Below are positions 50,586 through 59,933 of a stretch of 64,000 nt of DNA, in pieces. The position numbers and the translations under genes were made by a program. Under the pieces are notes generated by a model. It was not told where the DNA came from, ran no database searches, and saw only the letters and a list, made by a program, of their open reading frames with translations. Position 1 is the first letter of the stretch; every line of letters begins with the position of its first letter. Source of the stretch: an uncultured Methanomicrobiales archaeon (GTDB taxonomy: Archaea > Halobacteriota > Methanomicrobia > Methanomicrobiales > Methanospirillaceae); NCBI GenBank assembly GCA_963697895.1, contig OY969100.1:352001-416000 (forward strand). Direction: 5' to 3'.

Positions 50586-51493
50586 AAAAAGATCTGATCT
50601 CTATCCTCGACCTGGACCGGACGGAACTCTTTGCCCTGCTTGAGGAGGCAAACCGGCTTAAAAATCACCGGATGGCGGGAAGACCGCATAATACCATTAA
50701 AGGGAAGAATCTTGCAATGATCTTCGAAAAGCCGTCTACCCGGACGCGGATATCCTTCGAGGTCGGGATGTACGAGCTCGGCGGTCACGCACTCTTCCTG
50801 AATGCACAGGATATGCAGATCGGCCGGGGGGAGGAGATACGGGACACGGCAAGGGTCCTTTCCCGGTATGTCTCGGCGGTCATGATCCGTGCGTACCATC
50901 ATGAGAACGTCGAGGAATTCGCACGTCATGCGACTATCCCCGTCATCAACGGGCTCTCTGACCGGGAGCACCCCTGCCAGATCCTTGCGGACGTTATGAC
51001 TATCCAGGAACGGTTCGGTAAAACCGACGGCCTCCGGGTGGCCTGGGTCGGTGACGGAAACAATGTCTGTAATTCGCTCGTGCTCTCGTCCACCCTTACC
51101 GGAATGGAGATTATCGTCGCGAGCCCGCCGGGTTACCATCCAAAGAAGGAGGTTGTTGAACGGGCCCGTAAGGCGGGAGGAAAGGTAACGCTGGTTACCA
51201 GACCTGAGGATGCCGTGCGGGATGCCCACGTTATCGAAACGGACTCCTGGGTTTCCATGGGGGACGAATCGCAGCGCGAGGCACGCCTGAAGGCATTCCA
51301 GGGATACACGCTCACGCCGGAACTCATAAACCTTGCCGATCCGGGCGCAAAAGTGATGCATTGCCTGCCGGCACATCGCGGGGAGGAGATCACGGACGAA
51401 GTGATCGAAGGTCCCCAGAGTGTTATCTGGGATGAGGCGGAGAACCGGCTCCACACGGAAAAAGCGTTACTGGTGCGATTGCTGGGAGGATAG
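50582..51493 (+). CDS. argF: Ornithine carbamoyltransferase
   Basis: [36 protein letters not shown]. Confidence 0.97.
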   Translation: MKKDLISILDLDRTELFALLEEANRLKNHRMAGRPHNTIKGKNLAMIFEKPSTRTRISFEVGMYELGGHALFLNAQDMQIGRGEEIRDTARVLSRYVSAVMIRAYHHENVEEFARHATIPVINGLSDREHPCQILADVMTIQERFGKTDGLRVAWVGDGNNVCNSLVLSSTLTGMEIIVASPPGYHPKKEVVERARKAGGKVTLVTRPEDAVRDAHVIETDSWVSMGDESQREARLKAFQGYTLTPELINLADPGAKVMHCLPAHRGEEITDEVIEGPQSVIWDEAENRLHTEKALLVRLLGG

Positions 51494-51936
51494 GAACTTT
51501 TCTATTTTCATTGGATCGAATCCGTCACACAGATGGACTTTCTTGGCCGGATTAAGTAAAAAAGGAGTCTCTACCTGAACGAAGCTTGAGCGCATATTAA
51601 TTCATTTTAATGGACATCATTAACAATGATATATTTTCGATTAATTTAAGAAACAGGGATGAATCAAACGAGATCGCCAAAGTTTTCTTGTTTTCTGTTA
51701 TAATCCTCTGCGCCAATGATCTGGATTAGTCTCCTAAATTCCAAAATGTTTATTAAATATTGAGGGGAGTATTCAATTAACGCCGACAATTCCATTCGAT
51801 GGCACTGACTAAGGGGGTAACGTGCCAGCACAGATTGACTGTGATGTGGTCTTGATGTGAACAGTATATTCTGGGCGGGATGTTAGTTTACTGAATCGGA
51901 TTTCAGCATTTACAGAATGTTAAGGAGGACTAAAAA

Positions 51937-52842
51937 ATGACATATACCTGTACACCATGTCCATCGGACTATACCTACTACAAAACCAGGAATAATGGTG
52001 AAGTTGAAGCACCCATCCAGGGAAATGTGAATAACTGCTCATTCATGGCATCACTTATTGCAGTTTCGTGGGTGACTGGATTTCAATCTGCAGCCTTTTT
52101 GCCCGTTACAAGTTGGCCAAAGAAAGTTGATCTAAATTCGAGTCCTAAAAGATATCAGATCCCATTTTGGAATGCACCCGGTACTGCTGGTCTGAACAGC
52201 ACGGAATTCTGGGTATCTGAAAAATTCTGGATGGATGAAAATAAAAATTTCAAATATGGACATTCATCCGAATTAAAAGAACTATGGCCAGCGGTAATGG
52301 AAAAAGCATTTGCAAACTTCATTCAGGCTGATAAAACCAAGGACATGGACGATATGTCGCAAATTGGCTGGTCATCGTTCGATTCGCCTCCCCTGATGAC
52401 CCTCTCGGGATGGACTCCAAACACGCCTAAAACAACAGCTGGGAAGACCGGGGACACTCTCTATTCAGAGATCGGAGGGAAGACCAGTGGAAAGAAAACA
52501 ACACGTCCGATGATCGGCTGGACAAAAGCAGCTTGTCCCACGGATGCCCAGATGAAGCCGAATCATACATATGCCATTCTTGGAATCTGGTTGAGCGGGA
52601 ACATCAAATATATCGTCCTCCGCAATCCTCTCGGTAAAATGGCAGGAGGAAACACCCCTGGTGCACTTGTCGCAGGTTCCTGGGCTGGTGTGAACGATAC
52701 GTGGTATAATGAAAAGAAGCAAGCCCTGGGAGGACCAGGTCTCATCGATAAAATCTTCGATGTCACCATCGGGCTCTTTGCCCTCCCTGCAGACAAGTTC
52801 CAGGCTTACTTTACCGCGTACACCTGGGTAGGGTTACCCTAA
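51937..52842 (+). CDS. Calpain-family (peptidase C2, CysPc-like) cysteine protease
   Basis: IQGNVNNC(34)SFMASL matches QGxxGDCxxxAxL; ELWPAVMEKAFA; NH(210)TYAILG; IVLRN(230)PLG matches RNPWG; GLF.LP..KF..YF tail. Strong SD AAGGAGG. Confidence 0.82.
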   Translation: MTYTCTPCPSDYTYYKTRNNGEVEAPIQGNVNNCSFMASLIAVSWVTGFQSAAFLPVTSWPKKVDLNSSPKRYQIPFWNAPGTAGLNSTEFWVSEKFWMDENKNFKYGHSSELKELWPAVMEKAFANFIQADKTKDMDDMSQIGWSSFDSPPLMTLSGWTPNTPKTTAGKTGDTLYSEIGGKTSGKKTTRPMIGWTKAACPTDAQMKPNHTYAILGIWLSGNIKYIVLRNPLGKMAGGNTPGALVAGSWAGVNDTWYNEKKQALGGPGLIDKIFDVTIGLFALPADKFQAYFTAYTWVGLP

Positions 52843-52884
52843 AACCCAAATAATTCGAACATCGGTCAAATTAATGGTGAGATC

Positions 52885-55683
52885 ATGAATAAATCGGGGA
52901 CAAAAGCAAGCAAATCGGTTGCAATGCTTCTTTTGATAATCTTGATTACTACCATGTCTGCTTCAGGCGAATTCGTTTATCCGGTTCTGACCGGAACGAT
53001 GACCCCGGTTTCAACAACCCGAACGGATAGCGATCAGACTTTCCCAGCAATTGACAATGATCAAATCGTCTGGCAGACCATCGATTCATTCAATTTCACC
53101 TATGATATTGTCCTTTACAATATCACGAATGGACAGGAGATCATGCTGACGCCTGGCACGGACGATACGGATCAGGTGAACCCGTCTGTATCCGGAAATT
53201 TAGTCGTCTGGGAAGATGGCCGTAATGGTCGGTCGGATATATATCTATATGATCTCTACAATCGACAGCAAATGCCGATAACTGCTAGCACTCCCAATTC
53301 AAATCAGGCTCGACCAGCAATCGATGGGAGAAAAATTGTATGGCAAGATAACAGGAACGACAAATGGGACATTTATCTTGCTGATCTGGATAATTCAAGC
53401 GAGACGAGAATTACCGGCGGCTCAGAGGACAGTGAATTTCCAGACATATCCGAAACCAAGATCGTATGGCAGTCATTAGACGAACTGAACCAGACATACG
53501 ATATCAACATTTATGATAATGAGACGGGTATTACCAGTCTGTTAACCCTAAACACAACGGATTCAAATCAGATGTTCCCCCGGATATGGAAGGATTACGT
53601 CGTCTGGCAGGGGGTGGATGTTGTTAATGGGACAAATGATATATATCTATATGACCTCACAGGAAGCGAGGGAGCAATATGTATTACACCCGATACCGGC
53701 AATTCAAACCAGGAAAGACCTGCTATCGATGAAGGCCGGGTAGTCTGGGAGGATGACAGAGATGGAAACTGGAACATCTATTCTTATGAACTTTCGACCG
53801 GGACCACCTCCACCCTCCCCACTGATACCTATGATAGGACATATCCAGCTATATCCCGGGATCGTATAGTATGGCAGGATATGCATTCTGGTGTATCACA
53901 GATCTACCTGTTCACCATCGGTAATTCGGTTTCCTGTCCCCAGGCTGATTTCGATGTAAACACCTCGATTGGGTCTTTACCTATCACCGTCTATTTTTCA
54001 GATAAATCCACCGGAAACCCGACCAACTGGAACTGGGATTTCGGGGACGGAACGTCAGGAACCGGGATGAATGTTACCCATGTGTACAACAATTCGGGCA
54101 TCTACACCGTCACTCTGACTGTCAGTACTCCCTATTGCCGTAACTCGAAGAGAGTTGAAAACCTCATCACCGCCGGAGACATCCCGGGAGCACAATTTTC
54201 CGTAAACATCACCGAAGGACCTTCTCCGCTGACGGTGGGATTTATCGATGAATCTTCCGGCGAGCCGACCGGTTGGCTCTGGGAATTTGGGGACGGGACG
54301 ACATCGACCGAGCAGAACCCGGAGCACATCTATCCCCCGGGGGTATACACGGTCAGACTAACGAGCAGCAACCAATTCGGAAATGATACCATCGAAAAGG
54401 AAAATCTGATCACGGTTATTAATGGAAATCTGAATCTGATGAATTGGTCCATTCCGGGGTTGGATGTTCAGGAATTTGATGGTAGACAACATATCGTAGT
54501 TAACACAACGCAAATATCCGTTTATTCTTTTAATTATACAGAAATCAACCTTTCCTATCCACAGGGGCATAATCTCCGGTATGTCCGGTTTTATTCTGAA
54601 AATGAGACCGGATTTTTGAAAACGAACAATACAACGATCGAAGGGAATATATCCAGCGTGCACCTTGAAAGTGAAACCCTCGGTCCTGATGGAATCGTCC
54701 AGATCGGGATTAATCCACAATATTTTGATCAGAATGGCTCTCTCTCCCTGACCACGTGGGGGAATATCACCCCCCTGGATCTTGAAGCAGTAAAACAGGC
54801 ATGGTTTAATGTGACCATCGGAGATGTGACAGGTGCAGCATATACCGCCCAGTTTATTAAAAACGGGATGAATCAGACCGGCCCTGCCACCATTCGGATG
54901 GCAGTGAACTCATCATGGATTAAGGAGCAGGAACCTCTCTATGGTATGGAGATCGATTCCGATCCTCAAGGGGCGAATGTATACGTGGATGGTGTATTCA
55001 AAGGGGTAACCCCGACGGTCATTGCAGGTACTACGGCAGGCAGCTACAAAGTGGAGGTAACCAAAAACGGATTCAATGACATCTCCCGAACGGTTTCCTT
55101 GGGGGGTATCCGGATCATCAGAATAGGTGATGACGGGATCTCCGAAGTATTGCCCACCAGATATCTGTACACGGACACAAGAAAAAACCTCGACTACTTT
55201 GAGGCAGATTCACCGGGGGGGTTATCCAAATTTAGCGTAGTGGGTCTCTCCTACTCTGGAAATCCCTTCCAGCTCCTTACCCTCACTATAACCCGGTACA
55301 TCACCGGTGGCGGCGGAGGAGGAGGTGGCGGCGGAGGCGGCTCTCCATCGGGCAGCACAACCACAGCCACCCCATCACCTGCTGCCACTGAATCGTCCAC
55401 GATCTCATCGACAGAAGAGGGAATAAACCTCGAAATCACCCTCACCCCTGAACCAAGCGTACCGCAGGGGGAGCCAACAACCCTAATCCCCGAAGAACCA
55501 GCGACTCCGGTCCCGACTCCCACTACACCTCCGCCTCTGGGTCCGCTGGGTATCATACTCGGTATGTTCGGATGGCTGGAAACGATCCTGAAGGGTCGGA
55601 TGGTATTCATCCTCGCTGCAGTGGCCATCACGGTCGTAAGTGTAATTGCCATATGGAAGAAAGGGTATCTCGGACGGGAATGA
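52885..55683 (+). CDS. Cell-surface protein: signal peptide, 7-bladed beta-propeller, 2 PKD, PGF-pre-PGF-like domain with PEGA insert, Gly/Pro/Thr linker, C-terminal TM anchor
   Basis: Seven iVWqd..n.DIylYd repeats; WNWDFGDG and WLWEFGDG; IDSDPQGANVYVDG..GVTP (PEGA); G12 run; PTPTTPPP; hydrophobic helix followed by WKK. Confidence 0.9.
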   Translation: MNKSGTKASKSVAMLLLIILITTMSASGEFVYPVLTGTMTPVSTTRTDSDQTFPAIDNDQIVWQTIDSFNFTYDIVLYNITNGQEIMLTPGTDDTDQVNPSVSGNLVVWEDGRNGRSDIYLYDLYNRQQMPITASTPNSNQARPAIDGRKIVWQDNRNDKWDIYLADLDNSSETRITGGSEDSEFPDISETKIVWQSLDELNQTYDINIYDNETGITSLLTLNTTDSNQMFPRIWKDYVVWQGVDVVNGTNDIYLYDLTGSEGAICITPDTGNSNQERPAIDEGRVVWEDDRDGNWNIYSYELSTGTTSTLPTDTYDRTYPAISRDRIVWQDMHSGVSQIYLFTIGNSVSCPQADFDVNTSIGSLPITVYFSDKSTGNPTNWNWDFGDGTSGTGMNVTHVYNNSGIYTVTLTVSTPYCRNSKRVENLITAGDIPGAQFSVNITEGPSPLTVGFIDESSGEPTGWLWEFGDGTTSTEQNPEHIYPPGVYTVRLTSSNQFGNDTIEKENLITVINGNLNLMNWSIPGLDVQEFDGRQHIVVNTTQISVYSFNYTEINLSYPQGHNLRYVRFYSENETGFLKTNNTTIEGNISSVHLESETLGPDGIVQIGINPQYFDQNGSLSLTTWGNITPLDLEAVKQAWFNVTIGDVTGAAYTAQFIKNGMNQTGPATIRMAVNSSWIKEQEPLYGMEIDSDPQGANVYVDGVFKGVTPTVIAGTTAGSYKVEVTKNGFNDISRTVSLGGIRIIRIGDDGISEVLPTRYLYTDTRKNLDYFEADSPGGLSKFSVVGLSYSGNPFQLLTLTITRYITGGGGGGGGGGGGSPSGSTTTATPSPAATESSTISSTEEGINLEITLTPEPSVPQGEPTTLIPEEPATPVPTPTTPPPLGPLGIILGMFGWLETILKGRMVFILAAVAITVVSVIAIWKKGYLGRE
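55306..55341 (+). repeat. (GGN)12 poly-glycine linker
   Basis: ggtggcggcggaggaggaggtggcggcggaggcggc, in frame within the surface protein. Confidence 0.9.
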
Positions 55684-55954
55684 CCGAACTAACCTACTAA
55701 TTTTTAAAAAACCTGTTATAAGAAAGCAGAATTTGTGCGATCTTTGACCAGGAATTCTTTCTGATGATGAAAGAAGCGTCCTGTTTTCCCAAATACATTG
55801 ACAATAAATAATTAAAAAGGAACCGTGACCATAATCGTCACATTCGTTTTGTCGACCAGAACGGATAGTATATTTACCTCGTTGTCGCAGGTACCATTAC
55901 CGTTATCGGCGTCATCGTGATCAGGAAGAGAGGTTGGCCGAAAGCTGATGAATT

Positions 55955-56914
55955 ATGGCTCCACTTCGCTTAAAACGCAGAATTCCGGATATCGAAGGAA
56001 TGAAACAGCGGAATGATATCCGCGGCCTGATCCGGCTCCTGGGCGACCGGAATTTCACCGTTCAGTGGCAGGCAGCAGCAGCGCTCGGAACAATGGGCCA
56101 GGCTCCTATTGACCAGCTGATAAAAGAACTGCATCACCCGGACCGGAATGTCCGGCTCGGGATCATCGAAGCGCTGGGAGATATCCATGCACCTGAGGCG
56201 GTTCCCGCGCTGATCGCACTCCTCGAGTCGGACCGTCGCGCAGAGATCCGCTGGGCGATCACGCTGGCTCTGGGGGACATAGGGGATCAACAGGCAGTAC
56301 CATCCCTTAGGAGAGCGCTCCGCGACCAAGATAAATATGTCAGATATGGTGCTGCCATCGCACTCGACAGACTAAACCAGGTGCCGGATTCGCCTGTTGA
56401 TAAAACGTATTACCTGATAGCGAAACACGAGTGGGAACGGCTGAAAACCGAGAAAGACATATCCGTTGATGCACTGCTCCAATCAACCCGGGAACGGGAT
56501 CCCCAGGTCAGGATTAAGGTGGTAGAGGTAATCGGAGAGTTGAAAGATCCTCTCGCCTGTTCCGCAATCGCTCCGGCGCTCCGGGATCGCGACAGCCGGG
56601 TCCTCTGGAAAGCGGTTACTTCCTTTCAACGATGTGGAGTGTCTCCGTTGTATATGCCAATGGGAGTGGCAAAGCGGCCCCGTTTTGGTAAAAATCCCTG
56701 GGTGGCCGCATTCCTTAATTTCTTCTTTGTCGGTCTCGGGTATAATTATCTTGGGATGTGGTGGGGATTTTTGCTCTTCCAGACGAACATGACTATCGTT
56801 GTCCTCGCTTCCCTGGAGATAGGGCCGCTGATTCCAATGGTTGTTTCCTATTCTGTCTCGTTGCTATTTAGTATCCATTCGTGGTTTATGGCAAGAAACA
56901 TGCAGGTAATTTAA
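55955..56914 (+). CDS. HEAT/PBS-lyase repeat protein with C-terminal TM2-like membrane domain
   Basis: Repeats of VR..A..ALG.IG..AVP.L..L.D; KNPWVAAFLNFFFVGLGYNYLG. Confidence 0.85.
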   Translation: MAPLRLKRRIPDIEGMKQRNDIRGLIRLLGDRNFTVQWQAAAALGTMGQAPIDQLIKELHHPDRNVRLGIIEALGDIHAPEAVPALIALLESDRRAEIRWAITLALGDIGDQQAVPSLRRALRDQDKYVRYGAAIALDRLNQVPDSPVDKTYYLIAKHEWERLKTEKDISVDALLQSTRERDPQVRIKVVEVIGELKDPLACSAIAPALRDRDSRVLWKAVTSFQRCGVSPLYMPMGVAKRPRFGKNPWVAAFLNFFFVGLGYNYLGMWWGFLLFQTNMTIVVLASLEIGPLIPMVVSYSVSLLFSIHSWFMARNMQVI

Positions 56915-56934
56915 GAAAAAGGAGAGGTGAGTGT

Positions 56935-57888
56935 ATGGCCTGGCTGAAATCCCGAAAAAAACCGGATATTCAGGCGATGAAGGAACGATCTGACCTTCGG
57001 GGGCTCATCAACGCGCTCAGCCATGAAGACCTGCAGGTTCAGACAGATGCTGCACAGGCACTCGGAGAGCTGGGAAATTCGGATCTTACGCAGCTGGTGC
57101 ACGCGTTCCGGCAGCGGAACAAGCATGTAAGGCTGGGTATTATCGAAGTATTTGCGGAATTAAAAGATCCCGGCACATTTGAATTGTTAATCTCGGCGTT
57201 GGGGGATCCTGATAACGAGGTGAGATGGGAAGCAGCCCTCGCTCTTGGCGAATTTGGAAACCCGGATGCTTATGAGCCCCTGAAGAAAGCACTGCGGGAT
57301 CCTGACAAATACGTTCGTTACGGCGCCGCTCTTGCTCTTGAGAAACTGGGATGGGAACCAAAAAAGGATGACCTCGATGCAGCGTATTTCTCCTTCGGGA
57401 AACAGGACTGGGATCGACTGAATGAGCTCAAGGATGCCTCCCTCATCCCCCTGACGCAGGCATCCTGCGACGGGGATGCAGGAATCCGGGCGAAGGCCGT
57501 TGAGGTTCTCGGAGACATCGGTGACCAACGGGCAATACCCTCCTTATATCAATCCCTTAAGGATGAAAATGACAGTGTGCGCTGGAATGCGGTGATTGCT
57601 GCGCCCCGATGTGGGATCGCCCTGATGCATCTTCCCCGGGGTCTCTCCAGACGCCCGCGTATTCGGAAAAACCCTCTCATAGCAGGTTTCTTAAATTTTC
57701 TTCTCCCCGGAATGGGATATCTGTATCTTGGTTTTTGGTGGGGAATTCTGGTTTTCCAGATAGACATAACCGCAACCCTGTGGTTATTTGCACGAAACGA
57801 GCAACTGACATATAGCACAGTATTGCCAATTTACGCCCTGCTTGCCATCCATGCCTGGTTTATGGCGAGGAAGATGCCCGACCTCTAA
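56935..57888 (+). CDS. HEAT/PBS-lyase repeat protein with C-terminal TM2-like domain (tandem paralog)
   Basis: Same architecture; LRDPDKYVRYGAA shared with the upstream gene; KNPLIAGFLNFLLPGMGYLYLG. ATG 56935 after GGAGAGGTGA. Confidence 0.85.
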   Translation: MAWLKSRKKPDIQAMKERSDLRGLINALSHEDLQVQTDAAQALGELGNSDLTQLVHAFRQRNKHVRLGIIEVFAELKDPGTFELLISALGDPDNEVRWEAALALGEFGNPDAYEPLKKALRDPDKYVRYGAALALEKLGWEPKKDDLDAAYFSFGKQDWDRLNELKDASLIPLTQASCDGDAGIRAKAVEVLGDIGDQRAIPSLYQSLKDENDSVRWNAVIAAPRCGIALMHLPRGLSRRPRIRKNPLIAGFLNFLLPGMGYLYLGFWWGILVFQIDITATLWLFARNEQLTYSTVLPIYALLAIHAWFMARKMPDL

Positions 57889-58940
57889 ACCTGCTCTTCC
57901 CCGCTTCCGATCTCGGTGGACTCTTCCGGTCCCACCAGCTCCCTCCGGAAGATATGGACCCCCCCGATCAACCCGAGGAATATGTTGAAATAGAACAGGA
58001 CTGCACGCCATAGGAGAACAAATATACCGAGTATTGAAGAAGGGATAATCAGAGCATAGAGCGATGTCGCACTGATCTCTGCAAGGCCGGAAGAGCCTGG
58101 CGTCAGGGGGACCATCATGATCACTGCGATGACCAGCTGGAAGAGAAAGGATTCAGCGACAAACGGTGGTTGTGCGAGTCCGACGAGCAGCAGGGAAGCG
58201 ACGAGAAATTCCGATATCCAGAAAAATGCGGTGAAAAAAGAACCGTAAAACAAACCCATAACCGATTTCCCGGTAAAGTGGTTTAGACTCCCGAAGAAGT
58301 TATCGATCTCATCGTCTGCCTTCTTGATCGCTTTTGCTACCGAAGGATGTTTATACCGCCTTTCCACCCAGTGGAGAATCCTGAGTATGATGCTCTTTGT
58401 CCATTCTGGTTTCTTCGCAGAAAAAAACACCAGAATGACAACAGTGGCCATGAACAACCACCCGAGTACCGCCACGATCAGCAGCTCGACCGATAACTGC
58501 CGGATGATACTCCCCAGCAGGATAACTGCAAGGAGTCCCATCACGGTGAGAATGACACCGTCAAGAACCCGCTCCATGATGACGATTGCGGTGGCATCAC
58601 CCACCTTTACATGCTCCCGGTAGAGCTCATGGACACGTACAGGCTCCCCTCCCGCCTGACCGGGGGTGATCGCACCCGCGAGGAGGTTGGCAAGGACGAG
58701 GTTCCAGCAGGCGGAAAATTTTACTTTGTACCCCAGGGAATGGGACATGACCTTAATCCGGCCGGACCAGAAGAGGAGGGACGCGATCCGAAGCAGCACT
58801 GCATAGAACAGGAACCAGGGATCGAGTTTCCGGAGGTAGACCAGTGTATTTTCATCAAAAGTTGTAAGAAGAACAATTGCAATAACGGCGATGCTAAATC
58901 CGATTGAAATCCAGATCCACTTCTTCGGATATGTTTTCAT
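57885..58940 (-). CDS. UPF0104/lysylphosphatidylglycerol-synthase-TM (flippase-like, AglD2-type) membrane protein
   Basis: ITPGQAGGEPVR, ERVLD, PLTPGSSGLAE, LLWR. Confidence 0.88.
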   Translation of the reverse strand: MKTYPKKWIWISIGFSIAVIAIVLLTTFDENTLVYLRKLDPWFLFYAVLLRIASLLFWSGRIKVMSHSLGYKVKFSACWNLVLANLLAGAITPGQAGGEPVRVHELYREHVKVGDATAIVIMERVLDGVILTVMGLLAVILLGSIIRQLSVELLIVAVLGWLFMATVVILVFFSAKKPEWTKSIILRILHWVERRYKHPSVAKAIKKADDEIDNFFGSLNHFTGKSVMGLFYGSFFTAFFWISEFLVASLLLVGLAQPPFVAESFLFQLVIAVIMMVPLTPGSSGLAEISATSLYALIIPSSILGIFVLLWRAVLFYFNIFLGLIGGVHIFRRELVGPEESTEIGSGEEQV

Positions 58941-59212
58941 GGTCTTTTTATTACTCCGGAACTAACCGCGAAGGAGTTCCGATCCAATCTGCATTTCCGG
59001 GAGGTGCCGGAAGCCTTGATACCCTTCGGAACGGCCCGCACAGGCAGGCTCCTTCCAAATCTGGCCTTCTCATCTCTTCTGCGGTTATTATAGTAATAAA
59101 GGAACTCATTTTCGATATAAATATCTCTATTTTCTTAAGAAAGGCGATGACAGACGCAAGATGAAATCGCTCAGTCGTCTCGCCTCATCCACCTGTCCGG
59201 GTTACGGTTTTT

Positions 59213-59848
59213 TTATCGTCGTCTAGTAAATGCTGCTTTACGCTTCTTGATCAGGAACAACCGTGTATGCTCTTCCCGATCGATCTCATCCCGCCTCAAT
59301 TCGATTTCGTTCTTACGACGATAAAGAAGGGGGATTATCTTGAATTCCAGGCTGTTCACCAGCCTCCTTGTTCGTTCGATCTCGATGAGCAGCGTTTTAA
59401 TGCGCCATTCTGCCTCCGCATTTTTAATAATGCGGTCGACGAGCTCTTCATACGCATCTGCAACTTCGTCGATCACCCCTGTTGTCCCTAAAAGACCGTA
59501 TCCGCGTTCGTGCAGCGTCTTTTTTACCATCTTAGGCTTTAGCACCGGGAGATGGACACCAAGAATATTGAGTATATCACTATCAAAGGTAGGATACTCT
59601 TCGATCGAAAATGCAGCAATTGCAATCCCGGTCTCTCCCTCCATCATCGAGGCGACCGCAAGCTGGTCTTCCGCCGCCTGATACTGCACCATTACCTTAT
59701 CCCTCTCTGTTTTCGCATGCGGGACGATCCGGATCAATTCCAGCAAAAGGCCTTCCTCCTTCAGTTTCAGGACACGATGTGCCCGTTCTGCAACGGCAAT
59801 CTGCCGCTTAGTCGCCAGCAGTGCCATTCGGGTCGGGGGGATATCCAT
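59213..59848 (-). CDS. atpD: A/V-type ATP synthase subunit D (isolated, divergent copy)
   Basis: PTRMALL..K..A.R.H.VLKLK.E.L, NILGV.LP, RGYG, EIERTRR.VNSLE..IIP. Confidence 0.88.
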   Translation of the reverse strand: MDIPPTRMALLATKRQIAVAERAHRVLKLKEEGLLLELIRIVPHAKTERDKVMVQYQAAEDQLAVASMMEGETGIAIAAFSIEEYPTFDSDILNILGVHLPVLKPKMVKKTLHERGYGLLGTTGVIDEVADAYEELVDRIIKNAEAEWRIKTLLIEIERTRRLVNSLEFKIIPLLYRRKNEIELRRDEIDREEHTRLFLIKKRKAAFTRRR

Positions 59849-59933
59849 AAGGTTCTCACCTGATCGATTACTGGATACAGAGCATCGAGGACGTATCCGG
59901 GGTATTAACTCCTCGTTTCAATGGTAAGTCCCC

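Noticed and set aside
59085-59185. Palindrome TTATTA-TAG-TAATAA and hairpin AGGCGA...TCGCCT between atpD and the flippase-like gene
   Set aside because: AT-rich palindromes are common in promoters, and the hairpin lacks ACA or C/D boxes. Plausibly a terminator, but unsupported.
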